Part shown: positions 1 to 10,390 of the stretch, one piece after another | Numbering within the stretch: position 1 is the stretch's first letter | How the letters are laid out: each line of letters opens with the position of its first letter | From: an uncultured Verrucomicrobiae bacterium | GTDB lineage: Bacteria > Verrucomicrobiota > Verrucomicrobiia > Chthoniobacterales > Terrimicrobiaceae | Assembly (NCBI GenBank): GCA_963706955.1 | Contig: CAVPOC010000012.1 | Span: 19,081-83,080 of the forward strand | Direction: 5' to 3' | Length of the DNA stretch: 64,000 nucleotides | The notes under the pieces: generated by a model | The model's input: only the letters and a program-made list of their open reading frames with translations | Database searches by the model: none | Told to the model about the DNA's origin: nothing | Program-made: the position numbers and the translations under genes

Positions 1-1164
1 TGTAGCGGCCCGATCATGGCAAAGGGGGTGGAAGACACCGCCTTCTACGCATACAATCGTCTCGTCGCGCTCAATGAGGTGGGCGGCAAGCCAGAGCAGT
101 TCGGGATCGATCTCGCCGACTTCCACACCTTGAATCAGGCAAGAGCTGACCACTGGCCGCATACACTACTGGCGACCTCCACGCATGACACCAAGAGAAG
201 CGAAGATGTTCGGTTGCGCATTGTTGCGCTCTCGGAAATCCCGCAACTCTGGAGCAAGGCGATCCTCCGTTGGAGCAAACTAAACAAGAAGTATCGCGTT
301 GAAATAGATGATCACCGCGCGCCCTCTGCAAATGAAGAGTACCTCATCTATCAGACGCTTCTCGGAACATGGCCGCTGAGCGATTTTCGAGATACCGAGC
401 GTCGCGAGTATGTCGACAGGATTCAACAATACATGGTCAAGGCGGTCAAAGAGGCCAAGGTCAATAGCAGCTGGATCGAGCCTAACGAAGCTTGGGAAGA
501 GGCGACGACATCATTCGTTGAGAAAATTCTGGATGAGGAAACCAACGGAAAGTTTTGTCGCGATCTCGCCGAACTGGCCCAGCTGGTGGCGCGACTTGGC
601 GCGATCAACTCGCTCGCGCAAGCTATCATCAAGTGCACTGCACCGGGTGTCCCGGATTTTTACCAGGGGACTGAGGTCTGGGATTTTAGCCTGGTCGACC
701 CCGACAACCGCCGGAAGGTGGACTATTTGGCAAGGCGACGGCTTTTGGCGTCGTTGCGCCATGCGCATCCCAGAGAGTTGCTCGAAGATTGGCAGAGCGG
801 CCGGATTAAGCTTTTCGTCATAAAGCGTCTCTTAGCCTTTCGTGCGGAAAATCAACGACTGTTTCTGAAGGGAAGCTATCAAGAGGTGCCGATCGCGGGA
901 GAACATTCTCATTCCGTTATCGCCTTCGAGAGGAAATTTGGTTCCCAGCGCCTCCTGGTTATCGTTCCTCGCCTCACCTACAGGGTCGGTCTTTGGCCAA
1001 CCGGCGACGTCTGGAAAGAAACTCTCCTGACAGGATTCAAGCCAGAGGCGCACGGTTGGCAGGACGTCCTCATACAGAGGGGACCGATTACACTCCCAGA
1101 TCGCGTTAGCTTATCCACGATCCTTGCAGATCTACCCTTCGCAGTTCTGTTTTACCCCGGCTAG
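1..1164 (+). CDS. treY: Malto-oligosyltrehalose synthase, 5'-truncated by window start
   Basis: Frame open from base 1 (CSGPIMAKGVEDTAFY); motifs LNEVGG, TSTHDTKRSEDVR, PGVPDFYQGTE, SLVDPDNRR. Confidence 0.93.
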   Translation, partial: CSGPIMAKGVEDTAFYAYNRLVALNEVGGKPEQFGIDLADFHTLNQARADHWPHTLLATSTHDTKRSEDVRLRIVALSEIPQLWSKAILRWSKLNKKYRVEIDDHRAPSANEEYLIYQTLLGTWPLSDFRDTERREYVDRIQQYMVKAVKEAKVNSSWIEPNEAWEEATTSFVEKILDEETNGKFCRDLAELAQLVARLGAINSLAQAIIKCTAPGVPDFYQGTEVWDFSLVDPDNRRKVDYLARRRLLASLRHAHPRELLEDWQSGRIKLFVIKRLLAFRAENQRLFLKGSYQEVPIAGEHSHSVIAFERKFGSQRLLVIVPRLTYRVGLWPTGDVWKETLLTGFKPEAHGWQDVLIQRGPITLPDRVSLSTILADLPFAVLFYPG

Positions 1165-1182
1165 TTCGACCAGGTCACCTAA

Positions 1183-1455
1183 GAGACTGTTGAAAAACTC
1201 ACGCATGTCACGCGCGAGCTCTTTGGGGTAGATATCGGTGAAGCGACGAAGGAGCATCCCCTGAAGGGGCTGTAACTGAGGAGCGACGCCGAGAGGTGCC
1301 CCAAAAAGTTCGCGCCCTCCGGGTTGCGCTAATTTTCGGCCCTCGCGGTGTCGCCAAGCTTGTCCGTAGCACTGCGGCTACGACCTGCGCTTGGCTCCTT
1401 GCGATCTTCCGAAAATTGGCAGCAACGTGGCATACGTGAGTTTTTCAACAGTCTC
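1183..1455. mobile_element. MITE (non-autonomous element, 273 bp)
   Basis: TIR GAGACTGTTGAAAAACTCACGcATGtCACG matches the reverse complement of the right end at 28/30 (first 21 perfect); flanked by direct repeat CTAA at 1179-1182 and 1456-1459; no transposase; lies between convergent genes. Confidence 0.85.
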
Positions 1456-1470
1456 CTAAGCGGAGTTACG

Positions 1471-1656
1471 CTAGTAAACGGTTCGCTCCACCGTTGTCGA
1501 GGGGGCGGGAACGATCGTCGAGGAGCGAGTCTCCGTGGTCGTGACGGTTGTGATGGGCTCTGTCTCTCGCTTCACAGTTATGCAGCCCGTCAGGCACATC
1601 AAAACTCCAACAATAATCAAGTGACGCAGCCGAGGTCCGAAATCTGTATGCTTCAT
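1471..1656 (-). CDS. Small Thr-rich putative lipoprotein (61 aa)
   Basis: From ATG 1656: basic N-region, hydrophobic stretch, lipobox LTGC, then Thr-rich tail. Confidence 0.65.
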   Translation of the reverse strand: MKHTDFGPRLRHLIIVGVLMCLTGCITVKRETEPITTVTTTETRSSTIVPAPSTTVERTVY

Positions 1657-1690
1657 TCTTCTAAGCTTCCCTCGAAGTTCGTTCTGGAAT

Positions 1691-2608
1691 CTATTGGCGA
1701 TGGTCATAAACAGGTGACTGCTGCGTTTCGGATCCTGGTTTACTTGCTGTCTCCAGTGGTTTGATATCGACGCTAACCTCCATCGTCAGGTAGCTGCCGC
1801 TCGAGCCAGAGTAATAGCCACTGACCGGCATTACCCCGCGCGGATGCGAACTGACACCGCAGACAATGTGTTTTTCTGAGGTTCCCTCACCGAGGCTGGG
1901 GTCGCAGCCAAACCAACCATGCTCGGGAAAATAGACCTCCGCCCAAGCATGCGTGACGGCCTGACCCGCGCGGGAGGCGCTACCGTCCAAGTAGCCACTG
2001 GCAAAGCGGGCCGCTAGCCGCAAAGCTCTGGCGGTCTCGAGCAACAAGGTTGCCATGTCCCGACAGGAGCCGCTGCCCAGTCGCAAAGTCTCAAGTGAGC
2101 TTTGCACCCCACGATCTTCTCGCCGGCGATAGCGGACGGACCGGTGAATCCATTCATTGATCCTTTCCACAAGGAGAACGGCATCGTCGCCGGAATTGGG
2201 GGCAAAGGTTGCTTCCGCCCACTCGCGGAGTTCCTCGGTCTCGGTGCGGTAAACCGAATCTAAATAACCTCCCGCAACCGACGCTTCGATCTCCGAATAC
2301 CGCACGGGAAACTTTATGGGCAGAACATCCAACAGGCGACGGTGCGAAGTGTGATCACGGCGGCAAACAACCGCTTCGCTGGAGAACTCCAGCAGATCGG
2401 CCGGTTCGGAAAATGACGCCAATGCAATCGAGTTGCCGAAGATGTCTCGGTGCCAGCTCACGGCGGCAGCCGGGCTCACTTTGAGCGAAAGATTTTCGAC
2501 CTGGAGATCGTGGCCCTCGCGGGGCCGGATCACCAAGCGATGGATCCCAAACGACACCGGTTCCGAGTAACGGTAAGCGGTCGTATGAGAAATACGAATC
2601 CGAATCAT
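1691..2608 (-). CDS. Transglutaminase-like protein (Bact_transglu_N + core)
   Basis: N-terminal IRISHTTAYRYSEPV; triad motifs GSCRD, HAWAEVY, GWFGCDP; start taken at ATG 2608. Confidence 0.88.
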   Translation of the reverse strand: MIRIRISHTTAYRYSEPVSFGIHRLVIRPREGHDLQVENLSLKVSPAAAVSWHRDIFGNSIALASFSEPADLLEFSSEAVVCRRDHTSHRRLLDVLPIKFPVRYSEIEASVAGGYLDSVYRTETEELREWAEATFAPNSGDDAVLLVERINEWIHRSVRYRRREDRGVQSSLETLRLGSGSCRDMATLLLETARALRLAARFASGYLDGSASRAGQAVTHAWAEVYFPEHGWFGCDPSLGEGTSEKHIVCGVSSHPRGVMPVSGYYSGSSGSYLTMEVSVDIKPLETASKPGSETQQSPVYDHRQ

Positions 2609-2736
2609 TGATACTTGATCAAGGGAGATGGCGAATTGTTCAATCAATTTCCAACCCCTCCGGAAATTTTTGCAAGAATCCCCGCCGCGGCCTTACCTTG
2701 TTCCGACCGCGCGATCTGATCAATGACCGACGGCGG

Positions 2737-2889
2737 CTAGATTCTTCCGAGCAGAACAAGAATTAAGAGAATCACCAGGATCAGTCCCAGTGCACCACTT
2801 GGATAATAGCCCCAGCCGCTGCTGTAAGGCCACGATGGTAATGCACCAATCAGGAGAATAATCAGTATTATCAACAATAGAAGGCTCAT
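2737..2889 (-). CDS. DUF3309-family small membrane protein (50 aa)
   Basis: MSLLLLIILIILLIGALPSWPYSSGWGYYPSGALGLILVILLILVLLGRI is the typical family pattern. Confidence 0.9.
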   Translation of the reverse strand: MSLLLLIILIILLIGALPSWPYSSGWGYYPSGALGLILVILLILVLLGRI

Positions 2890-2965
2890 AGGAATCGGAT
2901 CTCTATCGTTACTTCGCAGACGGGATCTTGCCTGAGCGTATGAATGTGCGGCGCATGCCGCATCG

Positions 2966-3184
2966 CTACAGCGACCCCTTGCGGGCTGATGCGATGACGA
3001 TGCCCGCCCCGGCAAGGAGAACAACCACACCAATGATAGGCGAAACGGGAATACGTTCCTTCTTTTCCGCCACTGCCTCTATCGGGCCGATATCCAACAC
3101 CTTCTCTTGCTTGGTGAAAGTAATGTAGGGAAGAGCCAGCGTTAGGAGTCCAATGCAGATTAGAACAATTCCGACGATGCGCAT
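2966..3184 (-). CDS. Small two-TM membrane protein (DUF3185-like)
   Basis: Two hydrophobic helices flanking EKVLDIGPIEA. Confidence 0.75.
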   Translation of the reverse strand: MRIVGIVLICIGLLTLALPYITFTKQEKVLDIGPIEAVAEKKERIPVSPIIGVVVLLAGAGIVIASARKGSL

Positions 3185-3337
3185 AATTGATAGTTTCCGA
3201 AGATCGGCTACCTAAAGGCTCCCGCGCGTATTTCGCAACGCAAATTTTCCACTTACTGAATTGCCAGTCAGGGAAGACCTGAAGCTATCAGCTTCATTCT
3301 TTTGCGAACCCGTAGTGTGATTTATAAGGATTCGGAA

Positions 3338-3685
3338 ATGCGCCAGCAGTGGATGAGACTTGTCCACAACAAACTTATCCCGCTCAGGTTGCTGATCCCG
3401 ATAGGACCGGGCATCCATGAGTGGTCACGCACCTATCGAGACCTGATCTTTGAGATGGCATTTTTCATGGGCCGCTCTGGAGGTGAAGTGACGCTCGAGG
3501 AGGTTCGTAAATTCATCGGTCGCCGGCCGAGAAACGACATCGTCGCGAGCTTCTCGGAATCTGAGATCGGCGTGCTCATGCGAAAATCGGTCGAGTATAA
3601 TCTTCCGGTGCACAGGTCTTCTCCAGTGCGCGCAAACTCTCAAGCCACTCGCTTCCAAAAAGAGGAGGCTCCGCTCTCGATCTGA
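3338..3685 (+). CDS. Hypothetical protein
   Basis: ORF fills the gap; TAAGGA SD-like 7 nt before ATG 3338; no family recognised. Confidence 0.5.
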   Translation: MRQQWMRLVHNKLIPLRLLIPIGPGIHEWSRTYRDLIFEMAFFMGRSGGEVTLEEVRKFIGRRPRNDIVASFSESEIGVLMRKSVEYNLPVHRSSPVRANSQATRFQKEEAPLSI

Positions 3686-3824
3686 ACAGCCAGTAGAGAA
3701 AACCCCGAGGCGGAGGTCGGGGGTCATGCGGATATGTAAGATTTTCACTGATATTTCAATCGCTAAGGGCACCGATTGGGGAATGTGAGGCCGTCAGCTA
3801 GCGTTAGTCGAAACCAGATCGACT

Positions 3825-4424
3825 ATGGAAATGACACTTGATCGTGATTCAATGCAGGACGACCAGCAGCTGATGGATGGGATTCTGCACAAATGGCCCG
3901 ATGCTCTTGACCGCCTCTACAAGCGCTACCGGGTAGTCTTGAAGTCAATCATCATGCAAGTGCTCCACGATGAAACCGAGGCCGACGACGTGTTGCAGGA
4001 AGTTTTCCTGCAAGTATGGAACCGCGCGCCAAGCTATTCTTCCGGTAAGGGAAAGCTTATGAGCTGGCTCTGCACGCTGGCGCGCCGCCGCGCGATTGAC
4101 CGTCTTAGACAGCACGCCGCGTATCGCCGCGCTACCGACCGTTACGAAGTGTCCTGCAAACACTTCGAGAAGGGTTTTGATGAATCGCACAGCGTCGAGC
4201 GAGAAGCCTTTCGCGATGACCTGCGCTCCTTGCTTCGTCACCATCTCGAGACGCTGCCGGTCAATCAACAGGAAGTTATCCGGTTGGCCTTTTTCCAAGA
4301 GAAAAGTCAGCGCGAAATCTCTGCGCTAACCAAGATCCCCCTAGGCACCGTGAAGACGAGAATTGAGCTTGGGATCAAGAAATTGTCCCACTCATTGGGA
4401 GGTTTGCGAGAGAAAGTCGTTTAG
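3825..4424 (+). CDS. ECF sigma-70 factor (SigK-like)
   Basis: ADDVLQEVFLQVW, SWLCTLARRRAIDRLR, IPLGTVKTRI. Confidence 0.92.
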   Translation: MEMTLDRDSMQDDQQLMDGILHKWPDALDRLYKRYRVVLKSIIMQVLHDETEADDVLQEVFLQVWNRAPSYSSGKGKLMSWLCTLARRRAIDRLRQHAAYRRATDRYEVSCKHFEKGFDESHSVEREAFRDDLRSLLRHHLETLPVNQQEVIRLAFFQEKSQREISALTKIPLGTVKTRIELGIKKLSHSLGGLREKVV

Positions 4425-4449
4425 CCAATTCTCGCACTGCGCCTGACAG

Positions 4450-5502
4450 CTATTCGAGCTTCAGGTTCTCGGGGAGAGGGCCGGGCGCGAGGACATGAAG
4501 CTCGGACAGGCCGTCGCGCGGGCTATCGGTGCCATCCGCGATCGGGTGCTTGGCCGGACGCACCTCGACCGACATCTCTTGTCCCTCACGTTGAATGGTG
4601 ATGGGCACTCGGTCGCCAGCTGTGAGGAAGAACGATGCATCAATGACATCTTCGGCGGTTGCGATGTTCACGCCGCCAATCTTCGAAACGACATCTCCCT
4701 CTTTCAATCCTGCTTCGGCCGCCGGTGACGCCGATCCCAGCTCAGCGATTCGAACGCGCGACCCTTGGCCAGGAACATGTTCATCCACTACGTCTGCGCC
4801 GACCCACCCATATCTTGGTTCACCAAACCGGATGTAGTCCATCCGAAGCTTCTCGGCCGCCTCGATTGGCAGAGCGTAGCAGGCGCCGCCGCCTTCGATT
4901 CCCGAGATGATGATTCCGACGACCTCGCCTCTCAGGTTCATCAAGGGTGCCCCCCCAAACCCGGGTTCAACGGAGACAACGGCCCGGATGTGCGTGGTCA
5001 TGAAATATCTGCCGAGAAACTGGCGGTCGAATCCAGCCACAATTCCAAAACTGGGTGTGGCCGCGAGGTCCACCGGAAAGCCGATCGCCAGCACTGGAGT
5101 GGCCAGTGAAAGTCCCTTGGAATTGCCCACCGGTATAAAGGGAGAATTATAATCGACCTTAACCAGCGCGATACCACTGCGGGCATCAGCGAGCAGAAGC
5201 TTTGCAGGGATGCGGCGATCGCCGTGGATCACAAGAATCTCGTCGGCGTTCGCAACGATGTAGGAAAGCGTGTAAATTGTGCCGGCTGGATCGGCAAAAA
5301 AACCAGTCCCACTAAGTTTCCCGTGACGGTCGTATGCTTCGACCCGAACAGTCGATGCACGTCGCTCATCGAAGAGCCGTCGAACCTCGGAAGAGATTTT
5401 CTCACCAAGGTTGTCTTCTGCCCGACTCGCGACCGTCACGAGCAGGAGAAGGAGAACGCCAAGCTTTCCGCCCAGAGCGCTAGAAACTGAGCGGCTGCTC
5501 AT
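4450..5502 (-). CDS. HtrA/DegS-like trypsin + PDZ protein, catalytic triad apparently lost
   Basis: Signal peptide, SGTGF, VLAIGFP, GEVVGI, PDZ (GWVG...SPAAEAGLKEGDVV); triad motifs read TLSYIV, SGIAL, PGFGGAP. Confidence 0.85.
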   Translation of the reverse strand: MSSRSVSSALGGKLGVLLLLLVTVASRAEDNLGEKISSEVRRLFDERRASTVRVEAYDRHGKLSGTGFFADPAGTIYTLSYIVANADEILVIHGDRRIPAKLLLADARSGIALVKVDYNSPFIPVGNSKGLSLATPVLAIGFPVDLAATPSFGIVAGFDRQFLGRYFMTTHIRAVVSVEPGFGGAPLMNLRGEVVGIIISGIEGGGACYALPIEAAEKLRMDYIRFGEPRYGWVGADVVDEHVPGQGSRVRIAELGSASPAAEAGLKEGDVVSKIGGVNIATAEDVIDASFFLTAGDRVPITIQREGQEMSVEVRPAKHPIADGTDSPRDGLSELHVLAPGPLPENLKLE

Positions 5503-5908
5503 TGCTCACGGGCCTGGACTGAAGCACATAGTGTGATGGCAGCGACCCGCCGGTTTGTGCGGAGACCGGAAGCGTATCAGTGATTGTGACGGGTTTGGAG
5601 GCAGTAAGTGAGAATGAGGTCCGGGAACCATCTGCCGGCGCAAGTGTTCCCGAAGGCTGCTGAGTAACGATCAGCGCCGAGGCGACCGCAGCCAGCATGA
5701 GAATCACCGCATAGGCAAACTGAGGAACTCGAAAGGTCGGCGCGATTGAAACAATCCGCTCCCAGAGTATCGCCCAGCCGGGACGTCGAAGAGCCTCGAC
5801 GCGCTGGCGCCTTTGGAACTCCCGAAGAAAGTCATCAAAGTAAGCAGGAGGGGGCGTTTCGTAGCGCTTTAATCGCAGCAACTTTGAGACGTTCGGGTCT
5901 TCGTCCAT
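5480..5908 (-). CDS. Putative single-TM anti-sigma factor
   Basis: Directly downstream of ECF sigma; charged N-terminus, one TM helix, low-complexity C-terminus. Confidence 0.65.
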   Translation of the reverse strand: MDEDPNVSKLLRLKRYETPPPAYFDDFLREFQRRQRVEALRRPGWAILWERIVSIAPTFRVPQFAYAVILMLAAVASALIVTQQPSGTLAPADGSRTSFSLTASKPVTITDTLPVSAQTGGSLPSHYVLQSRPVSNEQPLSF

Positions 5909-5917
5909 ACCTTTGAG

Positions 5918-6505
5918 TCAGTGTTTGATAAACTCTTCGAGATAATTTTGCAACTGGCGGTGCGCATAAAATAACCTCGATCTGACGGTGCCTTCGGAAA
6001 TCCCAAGGATCTTGGCGATTTCGGCGTGGGGCATTCCTTGAATGTCAAACATGGTAACGACCGCTCTATGTTCATGAGACAGCTTCTGCAATGCCTCGTT
6101 CAATCTTTGTTGCAGTTCGGAAATATTCGCATCCTGCCGCGGATCGCCTCCGGTGGTGGCTTCGATGAAGTCGGGATCGTTCTGCACGCCGGCATCCATG
6201 TCATCGAGGCTCATCGCATGTCGTCGGCCACGTTTTTTGACAAAGTTGATCGTCATGTTAACAGCGATGGAATGTATCCAGGTATAAAAGCTCGATTTAC
6301 CTCGAAAGCCGCTGATTGAACGATAGGCTTTGGCGAAGACTTCCTGGAGGAGATCGTTGGTATCTTCATGGTTGGAAGTCATATTGTAGATAAGCCCATA
6401 GAGCCTCGGACTGTATCGAACCACCAGTTCATCAAATGCCTCCGGGTCTCCGCCCTGAGTGCGGGCGACCAAATCGTCGTCGTGTGGTTCCGGAGCTTCG
6501 TCCAT
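5918..6505 (-). CDS. ECF sigma-70 factor (RpoE/SigW-like)
   Basis: DLLQEVFAKAY, FRGKSSFYTWI, EIAKILGISEGTVRSRLFYA. Confidence 0.93.
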   Translation of the reverse strand: MDEAPEPHDDDLVARTQGGDPEAFDELVVRYSPRLYGLIYNMTSNHEDTNDLLQEVFAKAYRSISGFRGKSSFYTWIHSIAVNMTINFVKKRGRRHAMSLDDMDAGVQNDPDFIEATTGGDPRQDANISELQQRLNEALQKLSHEHRAVVTMFDIQGMPHAEIAKILGISEGTVRSRLFYAHRQLQNYLEEFIKH

Positions 6506-6606
6506 GCAGCGAAAAGCGCGACAGGATACCAGAGATGGCCCGGTTTGCCACTAGCTGATTAGGGTGGGCAAGTCTTCACGCCATGGAAGTGCGGTCCGTA
6601 TCCTCA

Positions 6607-7560
6607 TCAAGCGGGGCGACCCTCGGCTGCTTGGGGCAAGGGAGATTGAAGTTGCTTAAGACGCTCGTAGAGCAGCTGGAGGTGCGGAAGCGATAGTCCG
6701 ATTTTGTTCGCGCGACGTAGGGGTTCTCCCCACATTGCCTCGATTTCCAATTCCCTTCCCGCGAGCCAATCGACAAGCGTCGAGGGCTGATAGGCTCCCA
6801 TTGGATAGGTCCGCTCAATTTGCAGGTCGGCGTATTGTCGCTCGATCGGATAACCAAGGGCGGTTGCCGCGGTGATCGTCTCGTCCATCAACGCGCGGCA
6901 GCGTATTTTGAGCCCTGGGTCTCCGAGTATCTTGTCTACCGTAAGGCCGCCTTCCGTCACGGCCAGCCCGTTAAACGGAATATTCCAGACGAGCTTGCGC
7001 CAGCGTTCGGTGGCCAAATCCTTTACCAACCGCGCGTCGATACCGCTCTCGCAGAATGCCTGGACGAGTGCACCTGTGCGGGCGAGGGGAGATCTGGCAT
7101 ATTCGCCGATGGAAAGCATCCCGTGACCAAAGTGGTCAACGCTGGCTGCCGTTCGTCGAGTGAGGCAAACAAAGCACAAGCCTCCCAACACGCGCTCGGC
7201 TCCGCAAAACGCTGCCAGCAGTTCTTCGTTGCCGAGGCCGTTCTGCAGCGTGAGCAAAATGGTCCCGTCGTGGAGAAGGGGCGGAACCAATCTCTCGAGA
7301 GCACCGTTCGAAGTCGTCTTTAGCGCCACGATGACAACGTCGCACTGGCCAATTTCACGAACATCGCGAAATATCTTCGGCCGATCGAGGTGAACCTCTT
7401 CGCTGTTGACGCTAAAGATGGATATCCCGTGCTGACTCGCTTCATCGAAGCCGGAGCGGAGTAGAAAATGAACATCCACCCCCTCGGCAGCCAGCTTCCC
7501 GCCGTAATAAAGACCGACCGATCCCGAACCGATGACGGCGACTTTGCCGACGGCTGACAC
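6607..7560 (-). CDS. panE: 2-dehydropantoate 2-reductase
   Basis: GSGSVGLYYG, LTLQNGLGNEE, RWRKLVWNIPFN, ELEIEA. Confidence 0.88.
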   Translation of the reverse strand: MSAVGKVAVIGSGSVGLYYGGKLAAEGVDVHFLLRSGFDEASQHGISIFSVNSEEVHLDRPKIFRDVREIGQCDVVIVALKTTSNGALERLVPPLLHDGTILLTLQNGLGNEELLAAFCGAERVLGGLCFVCLTRRTAASVDHFGHGMLSIGEYARSPLARTGALVQAFCESGIDARLVKDLATERWRKLVWNIPFNGLAVTEGGLTVDKILGDPGLKIRCRALMDETITAATALGYPIERQYADLQIERTYPMGAYQPSTLVDWLAGRELEIEAMWGEPLRRANKIGLSLPHLQLLYERLKQLQSPLPQAAEGRPA

Positions 7561-7703
7561 AAACTAACTCTTAAGTTGAACGCGCTTCCGACAGACAGGC
7601 TTCGAAACCCCTCTCAAGCTCTGCTCTTTCGGTCGCTGGATAGCCGGTATCAGCCAGGTTGGAGATGCGAGACCAGCCTTCCGCAAATTCACTTGCGCTG
7701 CTG

Positions 7704-9056
7704 CTAATCGGGTGCACCAGCGCCTTTTTCTTTCAGCACGCCCTCCTTGCCGACCTTTCCGGTGATGAGCCGAGCACCCTTTGCGTAGTTAACGTGTGCC
7801 CAAGCCCACTGCCAAAAGACGAAAACGCGGTTTCGGAAACCGATCAGAAATATCAGGTGAACGAAAACCCAGGCCAGCCAGGCCAGGTGTCCGCTAAACT
7901 TCATTCCAGCCACGCTGGCAACCGCCTTGTAGCGCCCGATCGTGGCCATGCTTCCCTTGTCAAGATAGTTCCATTGCAGTGGCGGTTCACCTCGAAGCTG
8001 GCGCTCGATATTCTTGGCGGCATGGCGTCCAGCCTGCATAGCCGCGGGACTCACTCCTGGCACAGGCTTGCCGCCGTCATAGCTGGTGGCTATCATGTCG
8101 CCGATCGCTTGGATTTCTGGACGGCCCTGGATGGTCAGGTCCGGGTTCACTTTGACACGGCCCTGGCGATCAGTCTCCCCACCGAGCATTGCGGCCAGCG
8201 GTGAAGCTTTATTTCCAGCCGCCCAGATCACCGTGCGTGCCTTGATGACCTGCTGATTAACGTCCACTTCGCCCTCTGCCAGGCGGGTCACTGCGCTGTT
8301 CAAGAGGACTTCGACGTGAAGTTCCTTAAGCTGCCGAAGCGCACTTTCGGAAAGCTCTGGGTCAAAGGGAGGAAGGACCCGCGGAGCGGCCTCTACCAGG
8401 ATGACACGAGCCGATGTTGGATCGATGTGGCGAAAGTCGCTCCGAAGGGTGAAACGTGCGAGTTCGGAAATTGCCCCGGCCATTTCGACTCCCGTCGGAC
8501 CCGCCCCCACGATCACGAAGGTCAAAGCTTGCCTGCGCTCTTCATCATTACTGGCCTTTTCAGCGACCTCGAAGGCCAGGAGCACGCGGCGCCGGATCTC
8601 GAGAGCATCTTTAATGCTTTTGAGACCGGGCGCTTGATCTTCCCACTGGTCATTGCCGAAATAATGGTGACGCGCCCCCGCCGCCACAATCAGGTAGTCG
8701 TATTTAAACGTGAGGTCTTCCGTAATCACCTCGCGGATCTCCGGATTGATTTGTTTGACCTCGTCAAGAACGACTCGGACGTTGGGTTGGTTGCGAAGAA
8801 TGCCGCGGATCGGCTGGGCGATATCGGCAGGCGACAATTCGGCAGTGGCTACCTGATAAAGAAGGGGTTGGAAAAGATGATGATTGCTCCTGTCGACAAG
8901 GATGACTTTGACGGGAGCATTGGCCAGCGCCTTGGCGGCACTGAGCCCCGCAAAGCCTCCTCCAATGATGACAACCACGGGCAGGCTTGCTTTTTCGTTC
9001 GAAGAGGAAACGGTAGGTAGGCTTGCTTTTTCGTTCGAAGAAGAAACAGTAGTCAT
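7704..9056 (-). CDS. ndh: Type II NADH dehydrogenase
   Basis: IIGGGFAGL, HHLFQPLLYQVATA, IVGAGPTGVEMAG, IWAAG, AIGD, YLDKGSMATIGR. Confidence 0.92.
   Translation of the reverse strand: MTTVSSSNEKASLPTVSSSNEKASLPVVVIIGGGFAGLSAAKALANAPVKVILVDRSNHHLFQPLLYQVATAELSPADIAQPIRGILRNQPNVRVVLDEVKQINPEIREVITEDLTFKYDYLIVAAGARHHYFGNDQWEDQAPGLKSIKDALEIRRRVLLAFEVAEKASNDEERRQALTFVIVGAGPTGVEMAGAISELARFTLRSDFRHIDPTSARVILVEAAPRVLPPFDPELSESALRQLKELHVEVLLNSAVTRLAEGEVDVNQQVIKARTVIWAAGNKASPLAAMLGGETDRQGRVKVNPDLTIQGRPEIQAIGDMIATSYDGGKPVPGVSPAAMQAGRHAAKNIERQLRGEPPLQWNYLDKGSMATIGRYKAVASVAGMKFSGHLAWLAWVFVHLIFLIGFRNRVFVFWQWAWAHVNYAKGARLITGKVGKEGVLKEKGAGAPD
8981..9052. repeat. 36-bp tandem duplication in ndh 5' end (TVSSSNEKASLP x2)
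   Basis: aggcttgctttttcgttcgaaga at 8983 and 9019 (period 36). Confidence 0.95.
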
Positions 9057-9126
9057 AGTTCGCGATCTTTTGAGAGTCTATGAGGTGGGGCAGGCGTCCA
9101 AACTAGAAGCGCAGCAAAATCCAAAC

Positions 9127-10374
<1,248 letters not shown>

Positions 10375-10390
10375 CCGGGCAGGAGCTTGG

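Noticed and set aside
1348..1764. 138-aa plus-strand ORF as a transposase or gene
   Set aside because: Starts inside the MITE, is antisense to the lipoprotein and has no DDE-like features
8981..9052. 36-bp repeat as a CRISPR array
   Set aside because: Two directly adjacent in-frame copies, no spacers, no cas genes
8884..9126. N-terminal extension of NuoD containing a repeat
   Set aside because: Antisense read of the ndh 5' end; the synonymous pattern fits the ndh frame
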